39,071 bases of DNA from Chloroflexota bacterium (GCA_025358525.1 JANYJI010000111.1:1-39071); one strand, 5' to 3'. Positions 9,511-18,924 are shown, counted from the first letter of the stretch. Program-made: numbers and translations. The notes: generated from the sequence alone by a model not told the origin.

Positions 9511-10532
9511 TTGGCTGCGAGCCTCGAAGGTAGGTCCGAGAGGTCGATGGGCCGGCGCTCGGCAGCTGCGGTCAGGAGGCCGTTGGCGATCGCCACTGCC
9601 CACAGCCCGTCCTCGGCGTCGACATAGGGCCGGTCGCCCGTGCGCAGGACCCGTACGAACTCGTCCAGTTCGGCCCGCAGCGGTTCCACGTTCGTGATCG
9701 GGATCTCAGCCACGTCACCGCTGAAGGTGGTGGCGTAGCCACGAATCATCTGCGGCCGTTCCACGTTGGAGCGAGTGAAGGTCAGCTTCTGGGTCAGGTA
9801 GTCCAGCTCGAACATGCCCTCCTCGCCGACGGCGACCAGGCTGCGACGCTTGACGGGGGTCAGCCAGTCCACGTCCAGGAACCCGATCGCCCCGGACGGG
9901 AAGTGCATCAGGCCGAAGGTCAGGTCCTCGTGAGTGGCGTGCAGGCGCTGGGCCGTTTCGGCGTAGACGCGGACGGGTCGTTCGTCGGCTATCCAGCACA
10001 GCATGTCCACGTCGTGCGTGCCCAGATCCACGGTCACGCCCACGTCGCGGATCCGGGCCGGGAAGGGGCCGGCGCGCCGGCAGGTGATGGCGTAGATCGT
10101 GGACAGCCAGCCCTCGCGGAGCAGCCGCCCCATCTCGAGGACGGCCGGGTTGTAGCGCTCCACGTGACCGACCTGAACGCGCACGCCCTGCTTGCGAGCG
10201 GCATTGACGATCATCAGGCCGTCTTCGACGGTCGCCGCCAACGGCTTCTCGACCAGGACGGGCAGGCCGCGCTCGATGGCCGCGAGGGCCAGCGAAACGT
10301 GGGCCGTGGTCGGCGCTGCCAGAACGACACCGTCGAGGTTTGCCTCCTCGATCATGGCCAGTGGGTCGGCGAAGCCTCGGGCACCGGTCTGCGACAGCGC
10401 CGCTTCGAGAGCGGCGGCATCCGGGTCCGAGATGGCCGTCAGCTCGGTCTGGGGGTGGTTTGAGATCACCCGCAAGTGGTTTCGGCCCATAGAGCCCAGC
10501 CCGGCCAGGCCGAGGCGCAGGGGCATCGTCAT
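9507..10532 (-). CDS. Gfo/Idh/MocA oxidoreductase (WbpB/WlbA-like sugar 3-dehydrogenase)
   Basis: GLGSMGRNH, VLVEKP, GHVERYNP, DLGTHDVD motifs; operon context. Confidence 0.88.
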   Translation of the reverse strand: MTMPLRLGLAGLGSMGRNHLRVISNHPQTELTAISDPDAAALEAALSQTGARGFADPLAMIEEANLDGVVLAAPTTAHVSLALAAIERGLPVLVEKPLAATVEDGLMIVNAARKQGVRVQVGHVERYNPAVLEMGRLLREGWLSTIYAITCRRAGPFPARIRDVGVTVDLGTHDVDMLCWIADERPVRVYAETAQRLHATHEDLTFGLMHFPSGAIGFLDVDWLTPVKRRSLVAVGEEGMFELDYLTQKLTFTRSNVERPQMIRGYATTFSGDVAEIPITNVEPLRAELDEFVRVLRTGDRPYVDAEDGLWAVAIANGLLTAAAERRPIDLSDLPSRLAAK

Positions 10533-11635
10533 GAGCGTTCGCCCACACCGACCGTGTTGCGTAGGATGGCCGTGCGCAGAGCCTCGATGACCTGCTGCTG
10601 CTCGGCCTCAGTCAGGCCGGGGTACATCGGCAGTGACATGCTCGCGGCCGCCGCGGCGTCGGTGACCGGCAGATCCGCGTCCAGGCCGAGTTCCATGACG
10701 TAGGCCTGGCGGTGGCACGGGATCGGGTAGTAGATCCCGCAGATCACTCCCGCATCCTTCATCTCGGCCACGATCTGGTCGCGCGCCTCGCCCACGCCCA
10801 GGGTGTACTGGTGGTAGACGTGAGTGCGGCCTTCGGGGCAGATCGGAAGCTGAACCGGAAGGTCGGCGAAGGCCGCGTCGTAGCGGCGAGCGATCGCCTG
10901 GCGGCGGGCCGTGTTGCGCTCGAGCTTGTCGAGCTGAACGAGCCCGATCGCCGCCGCGATGTCTGTCATTCGGAAGTTGTAGCCCAGGATCTCGTGGTGG
11001 TAGCGCTCTCGCATGCCCTGATTGCGGTACATCTTGATCCAGTCGGCCAGCCGATCGTCGTTAGTGTTGACGAAGCCGCCCTCGCCGGTGGTCATGTTCT
11101 TGGTGCCGTACAGGCTGAAGGCCGCGTGGCCGAAGCCGCCGGACCGCCGGCCGCGGTACATCGCGCCGTGAGCCTGGCAGGCATCCTCGACCACCGCCAG
11201 TCCGTGGCGGTCGGCGATGGCCCCGATGGCATCCATGTCGGCGATTACGCCGAAGAGGCTGACCGGGCAGATGGCTCTCGTACGGGGTGTGACCGCGGCC
11301 TCGATGCGGCCGGCGTCCATGAGGTACGTGTCCGGCTCGATGTCGACGAAGACCGGCGACGCGCCGGTAAACAAGATCGAACTGACCGTCGCATTGAAGG
11401 TGTGGGAGACGGTGATGACTTCGTCGCCGGGGCCGAGGCCCAGACCGGCGAAGATCGACATCAGCGCGACCGTGCCGTTGGACAGGGCGATGGCGTGCTT
11501 GGCACCGCAGAAGGCGGCCCAGCGCTCCTCGAACTCGGCGACCTTACGACCCTGAGCGATCATGCCGCTCTTTAGTACTTCGGTTACGGCGGCGATCTCC
11601 TCGGGGCCTAAATCGGGGCGAGCTGGCGGGATCAT
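10529..11635 (-). CDS. DegT/DnrJ/EryC1/StrS PLP aminotransferase (WbpE/WlbC-like)
   Basis: SNGT.AL, GPGDEVIT, VEDACQAHG, SLYGTKNMTTGEGG, GYNFRM motifs; start set to ATG 11635, overlapping the upstream stop. Confidence 0.93.
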   Translation of the reverse strand: MIPPARPDLGPEEIAAVTEVLKSGMIAQGRKVAEFEERWAAFCGAKHAIALSNGTVALMSIFAGLGLGPGDEVITVSHTFNATVSSILFTGASPVFVDIEPDTYLMDAGRIEAAVTPRTRAICPVSLFGVIADMDAIGAIADRHGLAVVEDACQAHGAMYRGRRSGGFGHAAFSLYGTKNMTTGEGGFVNTNDDRLADWIKMYRNQGMRERYHHEILGYNFRMTDIAAAIGLVQLDKLERNTARRQAIARRYDAAFADLPVQLPICPEGRTHVYHQYTLGVGEARDQIVAEMKDAGVICGIYYPIPCHRQAYVMELGLDADLPVTDAAAAASMSLPMYPGLTEAEQQQVIEALRTAILRNTVGVGERS

Positions 11636-12294
11636 GCTGAGACTCCTGTGCTCGAGGCGGGTCGCTCCACCAGCGAACCGATTTGCAAACTGAACACGTA
11701 GACTCGGCCGCATCGCGGACAGGCGAGGGCTGCGTCGGACGTGGGACTTGGGGCGGCGTTGGCCCCACTGGAGTCGGCCAGCCGAGCTCCGCAGGCACAT
11801 ACCCAGCCGAGGCGCCGAGCCGGATTTCCGACAACGAGGGCGTAGTCGGGAACGTCGCGGGTCACAACTGAACCGGCTCCCACCGTGGCGAACCGGCCCA
11901 CCGTGACGCCAGCCACAACAACGGCTCCCGCGCCGATCGAGCAGCCTTCTCGAAGTTCGATGGGGCTGATCGTCCAATCGTCGCCACGGGCAAGCTCGCC
12001 GGTGGCGGTGACGGCACGCGGGTATCGATCGTTGGTTAGGATCGCGCCCGGGCCGATGAAGACGCCATTGCCGACGCTCACTCCGTGGTAGATGAGGGCT
12101 CCGTTCTGAACCTTGACGCGATCGCCGAGGCTGACCCCGGCATCGATGAAGGCATCCCGGCCGATGACGCACTCCGACCCCAGACTGACACCGCTGCGCA
12201 GCACAGCGCGATTCCATACGTCCGTGTGGGGCCCGACGCTGACGTCGGCTTCGAGCTCTGCCGACGCGTGAACCCGCGCCGTGGGGTCGATCAC
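11632..12294 (-). CDS. Hexapeptide-repeat N-acetyltransferase (WbpD/WlbB-like) with C-terminal Cys cluster
   Basis: Left-handed beta-helix repeats, KVQN, FIGPG...TND..PR, VVGNPAR..GWVC.CG...CP.CG. Confidence 0.9.
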   Translation of the reverse strand: MIDPTARVHASAELEADVSVGPHTDVWNRAVLRSGVSLGSECVIGRDAFIDAGVSLGDRVKVQNGALIYHGVSVGNGVFIGPGAILTNDRYPRAVTATGELARGDDWTISPIELREGCSIGAGAVVVAGVTVGRFATVGAGSVVTRDVPDYALVVGNPARRLGWVCACGARLADSSGANAAPSPTSDAALACPRCGRVYVFSLQIGSLVERPASSTGVSA

Positions 12295-12359
12295 GAGGCA
12301 CTCCTGTGGCGGAACGGAGGTGGCGGAGGGATCCTCGGACGCCGCTCAGCTGGCTCCAG

Positions 12360-12365
12360 AGTATA
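12360..12365 (-). promoter_or_regulatory. Putative -10 (TATACT) for the wbpD-E-B-A-I-GT4-like operon
   Basis: ggTATACT about 65 nt upstream of GTG 12294; AGGAG Shine-Dalgarno before the start. Confidence 0.55.
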
Positions 12366-12471
12366 CCGGACACTCTTCCGACCGCCCTTGCGCGGAGCGC
12401 CGGGCAGGCCGACTGTCTGTTCGGTGAGGCCTGGCGGTCGGGCGGGACTCTGGGTCTGCAGACGCAGCCTC

Positions 12472-13230
12472 TCAGCTCCGGCGGCGAAGACGAAGCAGCC
12501 CGGCCGCAACGGCCATTCCGGCTCCGAGGGCGAGGGCTGCGCGCCAATCCAGCACGGTCCGAACGTTGCCCTCCACCTTACGGGCAATCAGCATGAACGT
12601 TCCCGCCGGACCCTCGAAGGTGACGTTGCCTGCGACGACCGCCTGCGCGCCACCCTGACGGATTCGCACATCTCGAGCAAGGACGGTCCGCGCGAACCCC
12701 TGGGTCAACGAGACTTCGTTGCCAACGACAAGACCGACCGCGCCGAGTTCCACTGAGATGCGGTCGCCCCGAGCGATACCGACGCCCCCCAGTCGGACGG
12801 CAATGTCGTCGGCTTGAGCCTGGCCGATGCCGCCCATTGACACGCTGATGTCCTCGGCCGATGCGGCGCCGATACCGCCCTGGGTGACGCTGATGGACTC
12901 GGCCTCGACCTCGCCAGCCCCACCCTGAGTAATTGTCACGCTGGTGGCCTCGACGCGGTGACCGCGTGGCTCAGGCGCCACGACCGTGTGGGGCGTGGCG
13001 GCGGGTCTCGATGCAGGGCCGATGGGCTGGGCCTCCGAGGCGAGGGCAGCCGCTTTGGCTGTGGCTTTGGCTGTGGCTTTGGCCGGGGCCTTGGCTGTGG
13101 CTTTGCCCGGGGCCGTTCGTCGCGCCCGCACCGGCTTCGGCATATCCGGCTCCGCGGCTTTGCTGGTGGTCCGCCTTACGGTTTCGCGGCCTGACTTCGC
13201 CGCGCTATCGTTGCCCGGCTCCTCGCTCAT
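12472..13230 (-). CDS. Hypothetical protein: K/A-rich N-terminus, about 8 x 15-aa beta-solenoid-like repeats, C-terminal hydrophobic anchor
   Basis: Periodic repeats (e.g. GEVEAESISVTQGGI/GAASAEDISVSMGGI); GGAGA SD before ATG 13230; TAGGCT -10 at 13293-13298. Confidence 0.75.
   Translation of the reverse strand: MSEEPGNDSAAKSGRETVRRTTSKAAEPDMPKPVRARRTAPGKATAKAPAKATAKATAKAAALASEAQPIGPASRPAATPHTVVAPEPRGHRVEATSVTITQGGAGEVEAESISVTQGGIGAASAEDISVSMGGIGQAQADDIAVRLGGVGIARGDRISVELGAVGLVVGNEVSLTQGFARTVLARDVRIRQGGAQAVVAGNVTFEGPAGTFMLIARKVEGNVRTVLDWRAALALGAGMAVAAGLLRLRRRS
13052..13105. repeat. 12-bp imperfect tandem repeat encoding KATA/KAPA units
   Basis: GCTTTGGCTGTG x~4.5. Confidence 0.8.
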
Positions 13231-13362
13231 GTTCTCGTCTCCGCTATTGCGAGTCCGCCGACCCTGGCCGGCCGGCAACGACTGCTTGCGCCAGCCTACA
13301 GCGAGCGACCCCGCCAGCGTTAGTGGCCGACAATGTCGAGCTCGAGGTCCGGGCGCACCGAC

Positions 13363-13977
13363 TCAGCGTGGACGAAGGCTCTGGACAAGCTCCGCCAGGG
13401 TCGGGTTCGAGCGATCCCGGTCGGACAGAATCGGCCGGCCGTCGGGCGTCCCGTCGACACCCGGCCAGGGCACACCGACGGCTGGATCGTCCCAGGCGAA
13501 GCCGAGTTCGTCGGTTCCGTCGTACTCATTGGTAACGAGGTAGAGAAGCTGCAGCGGCTCCAGGGCAAGGAAGCCATGGGCGACGCCTGTGGGGATCGTG
13601 ACGCTTTCAGCCGCGCCTAGCTCACGCATCTCGATCACGGCATGAGCGGTTGAGTCGGCAAGAACCGGCCGTACATCAACGAGAGCCACGAGCGCCCGGC
13701 CACTCACGACGGTCCAGTAGTCGAGTTGGCGGCGATGGTAGTGCAGTCCGCGCAGGGCGCCTGGCGCGGACGTCGAGAGGTTGGCCTGGACGAAGCGCGC
13801 GTCGGGTTGGCCGGCCTCATCCTCAGTCAGCTGCCCAAGGGTCGAGGCTCGCCATATCTCAACGAAGGAGCCGCGTGAGTCAGCCAGCCGGTTGCGGCGT
13901 CGATAGCGCACCCCCCGGAGCCGCGAACCAACCTCGCCCGCAGGAACCTCGCCCGCAGGAACCTCGCCCTGACTCAT
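13363..13977 (-). CDS. rfbC: dTDP-4-dehydrorhamnose 3,5-epimerase (RmlC)
   Basis: DSRG.F.E, Q.N.S.S..G.LRGLHYH, IP.GVAHGF.AL, Y.VTNEY, WDDP.VG..WP, ILS.RD motifs; ATG 13977 overlaps the rfbD stop. Confidence 0.92.
   Translation of the reverse strand: MSQGEVPAGEVPAGEVGSRLRGVRYRRRNRLADSRGSFVEIWRASTLGQLTEDEAGQPDARFVQANLSTSAPGALRGLHYHRRQLDYWTVVSGRALVALVDVRPVLADSTAHAVIEMRELGAAESVTIPTGVAHGFLALEPLQLLYLVTNEYDGTDELGFAWDDPAVGVPWPGVDGTPDGRPILSDRDRSNPTLAELVQSLRPR
13930..13969. repeat. 15-bp tandem repeat (GEVPA x2.7) at the rfbC N-terminus
   Basis: AACCTCGCCCGCAGG x2.7. Confidence 0.85.
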
Positions 13978-14945
13978 CGTCCAGCCTCCGTTCTTCGGGT
14001 GATCAACTTCATGTATTCCGCGGCTGCATCCTGCCATGACCGCAGCAGCCCTCCTGGCAGCGGCGTCGGTTCGAGCACGCCCCACGGCGGCGGGTTCGAC
14101 GGTCGCGGCCACGAGCTCAGCGGCACGTCCTCGGTGGTGACGTAGATGCCGACCAGTCGCAGCACCTCGCGGGCCCACTCCGCGCGCGAGGCCCTTCCCG
14201 TGTTGACGATGTGGTGGATTCCGCCGAGGTTGCGGCCACCGGGCCGGCTCCACTCGACGATCAGGGCGACGATCGCGCCGGCCAGGTCGGGGGCGTAGGT
14301 CGGGCAGCCCACCTCGTCCGAGACGAGGCTCAGCGTTTGCCCGGCACCTCGAGCCTTTTCGGCCGCCGCGACGATCTTCTGCGGGAAGTCCAGGCCGGGC
14401 AGACCACACAGCCATGCGGTTCGGACTATGGCCAGAGCGGGCGCGGCCGATGCCACCAGGCCCGCGGTCTCGCCCGAACCGGCCGCCGCCGCGAAACCTT
14501 CCCAGGTCGCGCCGTAAGCTGCTCGGGCAGCCTCCTCGCCGGCAAGCTTGGCAGCGCCGTAAGGATTGCCCGGGTTGGGACAGTCAGTCGGGCGGTATGG
14601 CAGGCCGTCCGTTCGGCGCCCGTCGAACACTTCATTCGTGGACAGCATGACCATGGCCGCTCCGGCATCGACGCAGGCTTGAGCCATCTCGCCGGCGGCC
14701 GTTCCGTTGCGGCGCATGGCCAGCTCGGGGTCGCGAGCGCAGCCGTCGACGTCCGTCCAGGCCGCAGTGTGGATAACGACGTCAGGCCGATGGAGGGTGA
14801 CCAGCCGGCGCGAGGAAAGGGGGTCGTCGAGGTTGTGCACGGGTAGGTCCCAGGCCAGGACCTCGTGTACCGCCGTAGCCTCCGTGAGCTGCTTGACCAG
14901 GGAGGTGCCGAGCCGCCCGCCAGCTCCCGTGACGGCAACTCGCAT
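13974..14945 (-). CDS. rfbD: dTDP-4-dehydrorhamnose reductase (RmlD)
   Basis: VTGAGGRLG, H.AAWTDVDGC, ST.EVFDG, YGAAK..GE, RTAWL, GCPTY..DLA motifs; start set to ATG 14945. Confidence 0.9.
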   Translation of the reverse strand: MRVAVTGAGGRLGTSLVKQLTEATAVHEVLAWDLPVHNLDDPLSSRRLVTLHRPDVVIHTAAWTDVDGCARDPELAMRRNGTAAGEMAQACVDAGAAMVMLSTNEVFDGRRTDGLPYRPTDCPNPGNPYGAAKLAGEEAARAAYGATWEGFAAAAGSGETAGLVASAAPALAIVRTAWLCGLPGLDFPQKIVAAAEKARGAGQTLSLVSDEVGCPTYAPDLAGAIVALIVEWSRPGGRNLGGIHHIVNTGRASRAEWAREVLRLVGIYVTTEDVPLSSWPRPSNPPPWGVLEPTPLPGGLLRSWQDAAAEYMKLITRRTEAGR

Positions 14946-14958
14946 TAGTGCGACGACC

Positions 14959-16050
14959 TCATCTGGCCTCTCGGGAGCCGGCCAGCCGGGCTCCGTACTG
15001 GCGCTGGTAGTAGTCCTTCCACTCCCCGGACTTGATGCCCCGCCACCAATCCTGGTTCTGGATATACCAGTCCACGGTTGCGGCAAGACCCTGCGCGAAG
15101 GGCATCGTGTTAGTCCAGCCCAGGGCGGCGAGCCTGGAGCTGTCCATGGCGTAGCGGCGGTCGTGACCAGGCCGATCCGCAACCTGCCGGACGAGAGACC
15201 ACGGCTTACCCAGGTGTTCCAGGAGTGCCGTCACGATCTCGCGGTTGGTTCGCTCATTGTTCCCGGCGACGTTGTACGTCTCGCCGGAGACGCCGTGATC
15301 CAGGACGTGGCCGATGGCTCCGGCATGGTCGGCGACATAGAGCCAGTCACGGCGCTGGAGGCCGTCGCCGTAAAGCGGCAGCTGCTGGTCGTCGATCGCG
15401 TTCGTCACGAAGAGCGGGATCAGCTTCTCGGGGTGGTGGTACGGGCCGTAAGTGTTGGACCCGCGAGTGATAACCACATCGAGGCCGTAGGTAACGAAGT
15501 AGGAGCGGGCGAGCAGCTCGCCGCCCGCCTTGGCCGAAGAGTATGGGGAGCGCGGTTCGAGGCGGTCGTCCTCGCGGCTCTCGCCGGTTTCGACCGAGCC
15601 GTAAACCTCGTCGGTGGAGACTTGCAGGAAGCGCGGAGCGGCCGCGCGCGCCCCGACCCTGGCGCGTTCCTGCTCGGTTCGACAAGCCTCGAGCAGAATG
15701 TGAACCCCCAGGACGTCCGTCCGCAGGAATGCCTCGGGATCCAGGATGGACCGGTCCACGTGTGATTCGGCGGCGAAGTTGACGACGGCGTCGGCTTCGG
15801 CCGCGAACCGCGCCACGACTGTCTGGTCAGCGATGTCGCCTGCCACGAAGCGGAGTCTGGCGGACTGCTCGGGATCCGCATCGACCGGAGCCAGGTTGGC
15901 GCGATTGCCGGCGTAGGTCAGCTTGTCGATTACCGTGATGTTCGTTCCGTCCTTGCGGGCGAGGACGTCTCGTACGAAACACGAACCGATAAAGCCGGCT
16001 CCGCCGGTGACGAGCAGCCGGGGGAAGCGCGGAGTCCCGGTCTCGGTCAC
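14959..16050 (-). CDS. rfbB: dTDP-glucose 4,6-dehydratase (RmlB)
   Basis: VTGGAGFIGS, DKLTYAGN, NFAAESHVDRSI, VSTDEVYG, PYSSAK, PEKLIP, DRPGHDRRY motifs. Confidence 0.96.
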   Translation of the reverse strand: MTETGTPRFPRLLVTGGAGFIGSCFVRDVLARKDGTNITVIDKLTYAGNRANLAPVDADPEQSARLRFVAGDIADQTVVARFAAEADAVVNFAAESHVDRSILDPEAFLRTDVLGVHILLEACRTEQERARVGARAAAPRFLQVSTDEVYGSVETGESREDDRLEPRSPYSSAKAGGELLARSYFVTYGLDVVITRGSNTYGPYHHPEKLIPLFVTNAIDDQQLPLYGDGLQRRDWLYVADHAGAIGHVLDHGVSGETYNVAGNNERTNREIVTALLEHLGKPWSLVRQVADRPGHDRRYAMDSSRLAALGWTNTMPFAQGLAATVDWYIQNQDWWRGIKSGEWKDYYQRQYGARLAGSREAR

Positions 16051-16805
16051 GCTTTTGGCCTCGTCGGTGGGGCGGTCATCCGGCCTGCGCGCGACTCCTG
16101 TTCGGAAAGCTCGGCCGCCCGGATGAGCGAGGTTACGGTGCCCGCGTCGGTCCAGAGGCCTTCAAAGCGGCGGGCGAACAGGTTGCCGGGCAGGTAGTGG
16201 TTGAGGAGGTCGGTGATCTCGAGTTCGCCCCGGCCCGATGGCACGAGTTGATCCACGATCGCAAATGCGCTCGGGCGGAGGAAGTAGACACCGATCGGGA
16301 TCAGGTTGCTCTTGGGCTGGGCCGGCTTCTCCTCGAAGTTCACGACGTTGCCCGCGACGTCGAGTTCGGCGACACCGAATCGCTGCGGATCGGCGACCTC
16401 GTAGAGGAGCGTGCCCGCGCCGCATGGTCCGGCCTCGAACTCGCGGGCTGTCTCCGCCAGCGGCGGCCCGAGCAGGACGTTATCGCCGAGGACGCAACAG
16501 AAGGCGTCATCGCCAACGAAGTCGCGCGCCAGCCCGATGGCGTGGGCGATACCCATCGCCCCGCGCTGATAGCGGTACGTCAGGTCCAGCCCGAAATGCT
16601 CGCCGTCAGCCAGCAACTCAACCACATCGCCGACGCTCTTGCCGCCGACGATGACCATAACCTCCCGGATGCCCATGCTCGCGAGGGTGGCGATCGGGTA
16701 GTAGATCATCGGCCGGTCATAGATTGGCAGAAGGTGCTTGTTGGTAACGATTGTTAACGGGAAGAGGCGAGTGGCCGTGCCGCCCGCGAGAACGAGACCC
16801 TTCAC
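16047..16805 (-). CDS. rfbA: Glucose-1-phosphate thymidylyltransferase (short RmlA/SpsI type)
   Basis: GLVLAGG.ATRL.PLT...NKHLLPIYD.PMIYYP, LGDN, FGV, EKP, RGELEITD, W.DAGT motifs; gene order A-B-D-C as in Bacillus spsIJKL. Confidence 0.92.
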   Translation of the reverse strand: MKGLVLAGGTATRLFPLTIVTNKHLLPIYDRPMIYYPIATLASMGIREVMVIVGGKSVGDVVELLADGEHFGLDLTYRYQRGAMGIAHAIGLARDFVGDDAFCCVLGDNVLLGPPLAETAREFEAGPCGAGTLLYEVADPQRFGVAELDVAGNVVNFEEKPAQPKSNLIPIGVYFLRPSAFAIVDQLVPSGRGELEITDLLNHYLPGNLFARRFEGLWTDAGTVTSLIRAAELSEQESRAGRMTAPPTRPKA

Positions 16806-16832
16806 TCGGCTCCAGTCAGTGCGTGAGAATCG

Positions 16833-16838
16833 AGAGTA
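16833..16838 (-). promoter_or_regulatory. Putative -10 (TACTCT) for the rfbABDC operon
   Basis: gcTACTCT 27 nt upstream of GTG 16805, with a GGAG SD. Confidence 0.5.
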
Positions 16839-16883
16839 GCAGTTTTGTCCCGGGTGTTGCCTGCCTCGCCCTACCGCCGGCGA

Positions 16884-17837
16884 TCAGCACTTGGGGGTTG
16901 GCGATGCCCCTGGCTTGGCGGTACCAGCAGGACGTGGCGACTCGGATGCGCCCGGGATGGCCGATGGGATCGGCGGACCGAAACCGCCGTGGTAGTCGAC
17001 GATTACCAATACGAATGTGGCATCAGTCAGATGGGCGGCGGGCTGGATCGTCGCGGTCTGAACGACGGCATTCGGGTCCTTTGACACGTCGGTAATTTCG
17101 CCGATGAGCAGCATCGGCGGATACGGCGATCTATCGTTGGTGCACGGGAGCGCCTCGCCTGCCGAAACAACGGCTTCGCCCTTGGTGAGCTTCACCAAGA
17201 CGTCCACGTAGGACATCTGGAGCTGGCCACTGCTGGAGCCGCGGATTGTGCCCGTGGCGCCGCTCTTGGCCTCCTTGCCCACGACCACGGCCGACGGGTC
17301 GCTCACGAGAAGGATTGTCGCAACGGTCGCGTCGACTTCCGAAAGCCGGCCGACCAACGCTCCGCCGGCATCTATCACTACCTGACCCGCCGTTAGCCCA
17401 TCGCTGCTGCCCTTGTTGATGACGAGGGTTCGGAGTCGAACGTCCGAAAGGTCGCGCACGATCACGCGGGCCGGGGTTGTCCGATATGGCACCGACTGTT
17501 GGGCTGCCGTGATCTTGGTCCAGTCATCGTTGATCTTGGAGACCGCCGGCATCCGGTCTAGCTGCGCCTTGAGAGTCTGGTTCTCCTGGCGCAAACGTTC
17601 ACTGTCCGTCCTGAGTTTGTCGATCTGGGTCAAGGCCGACCAGTAGGAACCGGCCGTGTCGGCCGCACTGCTCAGGGCCGTCTCGACCGGGTTGGCTGCC
17701 CAGTTGACGGCCGATTCGACGCCATGGGCCTGCGGGGTATCGGAGATGCCCATCAGGCCGACGCTAAGGATCAAGAGCGTGCCCCAGGTAGTCCATTCCC
17801 GTCGGATCGTTCGTCGGGTCGCTGTAATTGCGTTCAT
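16884..17837 (-). CDS. mreC: Rod shape-determining protein MreC
   Basis: N-terminal TM, coiled coil (L..EN..LK), A.VI.RD, INKGS.DG, G.LVG, G..V.S.G, YP....IG motifs; follows mreB. Confidence 0.9.
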   Translation of the reverse strand: MNAITATRRTIRREWTTWGTLLILSVGLMGISDTPQAHGVESAVNWAANPVETALSSAADTAGSYWSALTQIDKLRTDSERLRQENQTLKAQLDRMPAVSKINDDWTKITAAQQSVPYRTTPARVIVRDLSDVRLRTLVINKGSSDGLTAGQVVIDAGGALVGRLSEVDATVATILLVSDPSAVVVGKEAKSGATGTIRGSSSGQLQMSYVDVLVKLTKGEAVVSAGEALPCTNDRSPYPPMLLIGEITDVSKDPNAVVQTATIQPAAHLTDATFVLVIVDYHGGFGPPIPSAIPGASESPRPAGTAKPGASPTPKC

Positions 17838-17865
17838 TCGGCCCCCATGGCCAGGCGGCTCGGCG

Positions 17866-18924
17866 TCAGCGAGACGGGCGGGCGTACGTGTCCGACACCA
17901 GGACTTCTTCCATCAAGTCGAGTTCCTCGAGGACAACACCAGTCCCGCGAGCAACGCAGGTCAGCGGGTCGTTGGCCACGTGGACGGGCATCTGCGTCGC
18001 CTCGGCGATGCGGCGATCGAAACCCGCAAGCAGCGCGCCGCCGCCGGCGAGCACGAGGCCCTGGTCCATGATGTCGGCCACGAGCTCCGGCGGTGTCTCT
18101 TCGATCGTGTCCTTGATCGTGTCGACGATGAGTTGGAGCGAGGGCTCGATCGCCTCGCGAATCTGCTCCCCGCCGACTTCGACTGCGCGCGGTAGGCCGG
18201 TCAGGAGGTCGCGGCCGCGCAGCGTTACGCGCTGGATATCCCATTCGCCAGGGCTGGCCGAGCCGAGAGCGATCTTGACGTCTTCGGCCGTGCGCTCTCC
18301 GAGGAGGAGGTTGTACTCGCGGCGAGCGTAGGCAACGATATCAGCGTCCATCTCGTCGCCACCGATCCGGATGCTTCGGCTGACGACGATGCCGCCCAGG
18401 CTGATGACCGCGACTTCGGTGGTACCGCCGCCGATATCGATGATCAAGCTGCCGGTGGGCTCGTTGACCGGCAGGCCGGCTCCGATGGCGGCCGCCATGG
18501 GCTCCTCGATCAGGCCAGCCCAGCGGGCGCCGGCGTTCATGGCTGCGTCGCGGACGGCGCGCTTCTCGACTTCGGTCACGCCCGATGGGACGCCTAGTAA
18601 CATGCGCGGCCGCGGCACCATGCCAATCCGGTCGTGAACCTTGCGTACGAAGTACTCGATCATCTGCTGAGTCACGTCGAAGTCGCTGATGACTCCGTCC
18701 CGGAGCGGACGAATCGCGATGATGTTCGCCGGAGTCCGGCCCACCATGCGCTTCGCCTCGGCACCGACGGCCAGGACCCTCCTGGTCTTGGCGTCCATGG
18801 CGACCACGCTGGGTTCGCTGATGACGATGCCGCGGTCACGGACGTGGACAAGGGTATTCGCTGTGCCTAGGTCAATCCCGATGTCTCGCGAGAAGAGGCC
18901 GAGCAGAGCGTTCAGGCCAAACAT
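17866..18924 (-). CDS. mreB: Rod shape-determining actin homologue MreB
   Basis: DIGIDLGTANT, EPSVVA, IRPLRDGVI.DF, EEPMAAAIGAGL, DIGGGTTEVAVISLGG, TPPEL.ADI, LAGGGALL motifs. Confidence 0.98.
   Translation of the reverse strand: MFGLNALLGLFSRDIGIDLGTANTLVHVRDRGIVISEPSVVAMDAKTRRVLAVGAEAKRMVGRTPANIIAIRPLRDGVISDFDVTQQMIEYFVRKVHDRIGMVPRPRMLLGVPSGVTEVEKRAVRDAAMNAGARWAGLIEEPMAAAIGAGLPVNEPTGSLIIDIGGGTTEVAVISLGGIVVSRSIRIGGDEMDADIVAYARREYNLLLGERTAEDVKIALGSASPGEWDIQRVTLRGRDLLTGLPRAVEVGGEQIREAIEPSLQLIVDTIKDTIEETPPELVADIMDQGLVLAGGGALLAGFDRRIAEATQMPVHVANDPLTCVARGTGVVLEELDLMEEVLVSDTYARPSR

Noticed and set aside
11636-12547. Apparent 300-aa N-terminal extension of the DegT aminotransferase (672-aa ORF)
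   Set aside because: Arg-rich off-frame translation overlapping the acetyltransferase; the real start is the coupled ATG at 11635
13978-14415. Long N-terminal extensions of rfbC, rfbD, mazG, wecB and the dehydrogenase in the ORF track
   Set aside because: They overlap upstream genes; coupled or SD-supported downstream starts fit the family N-termini
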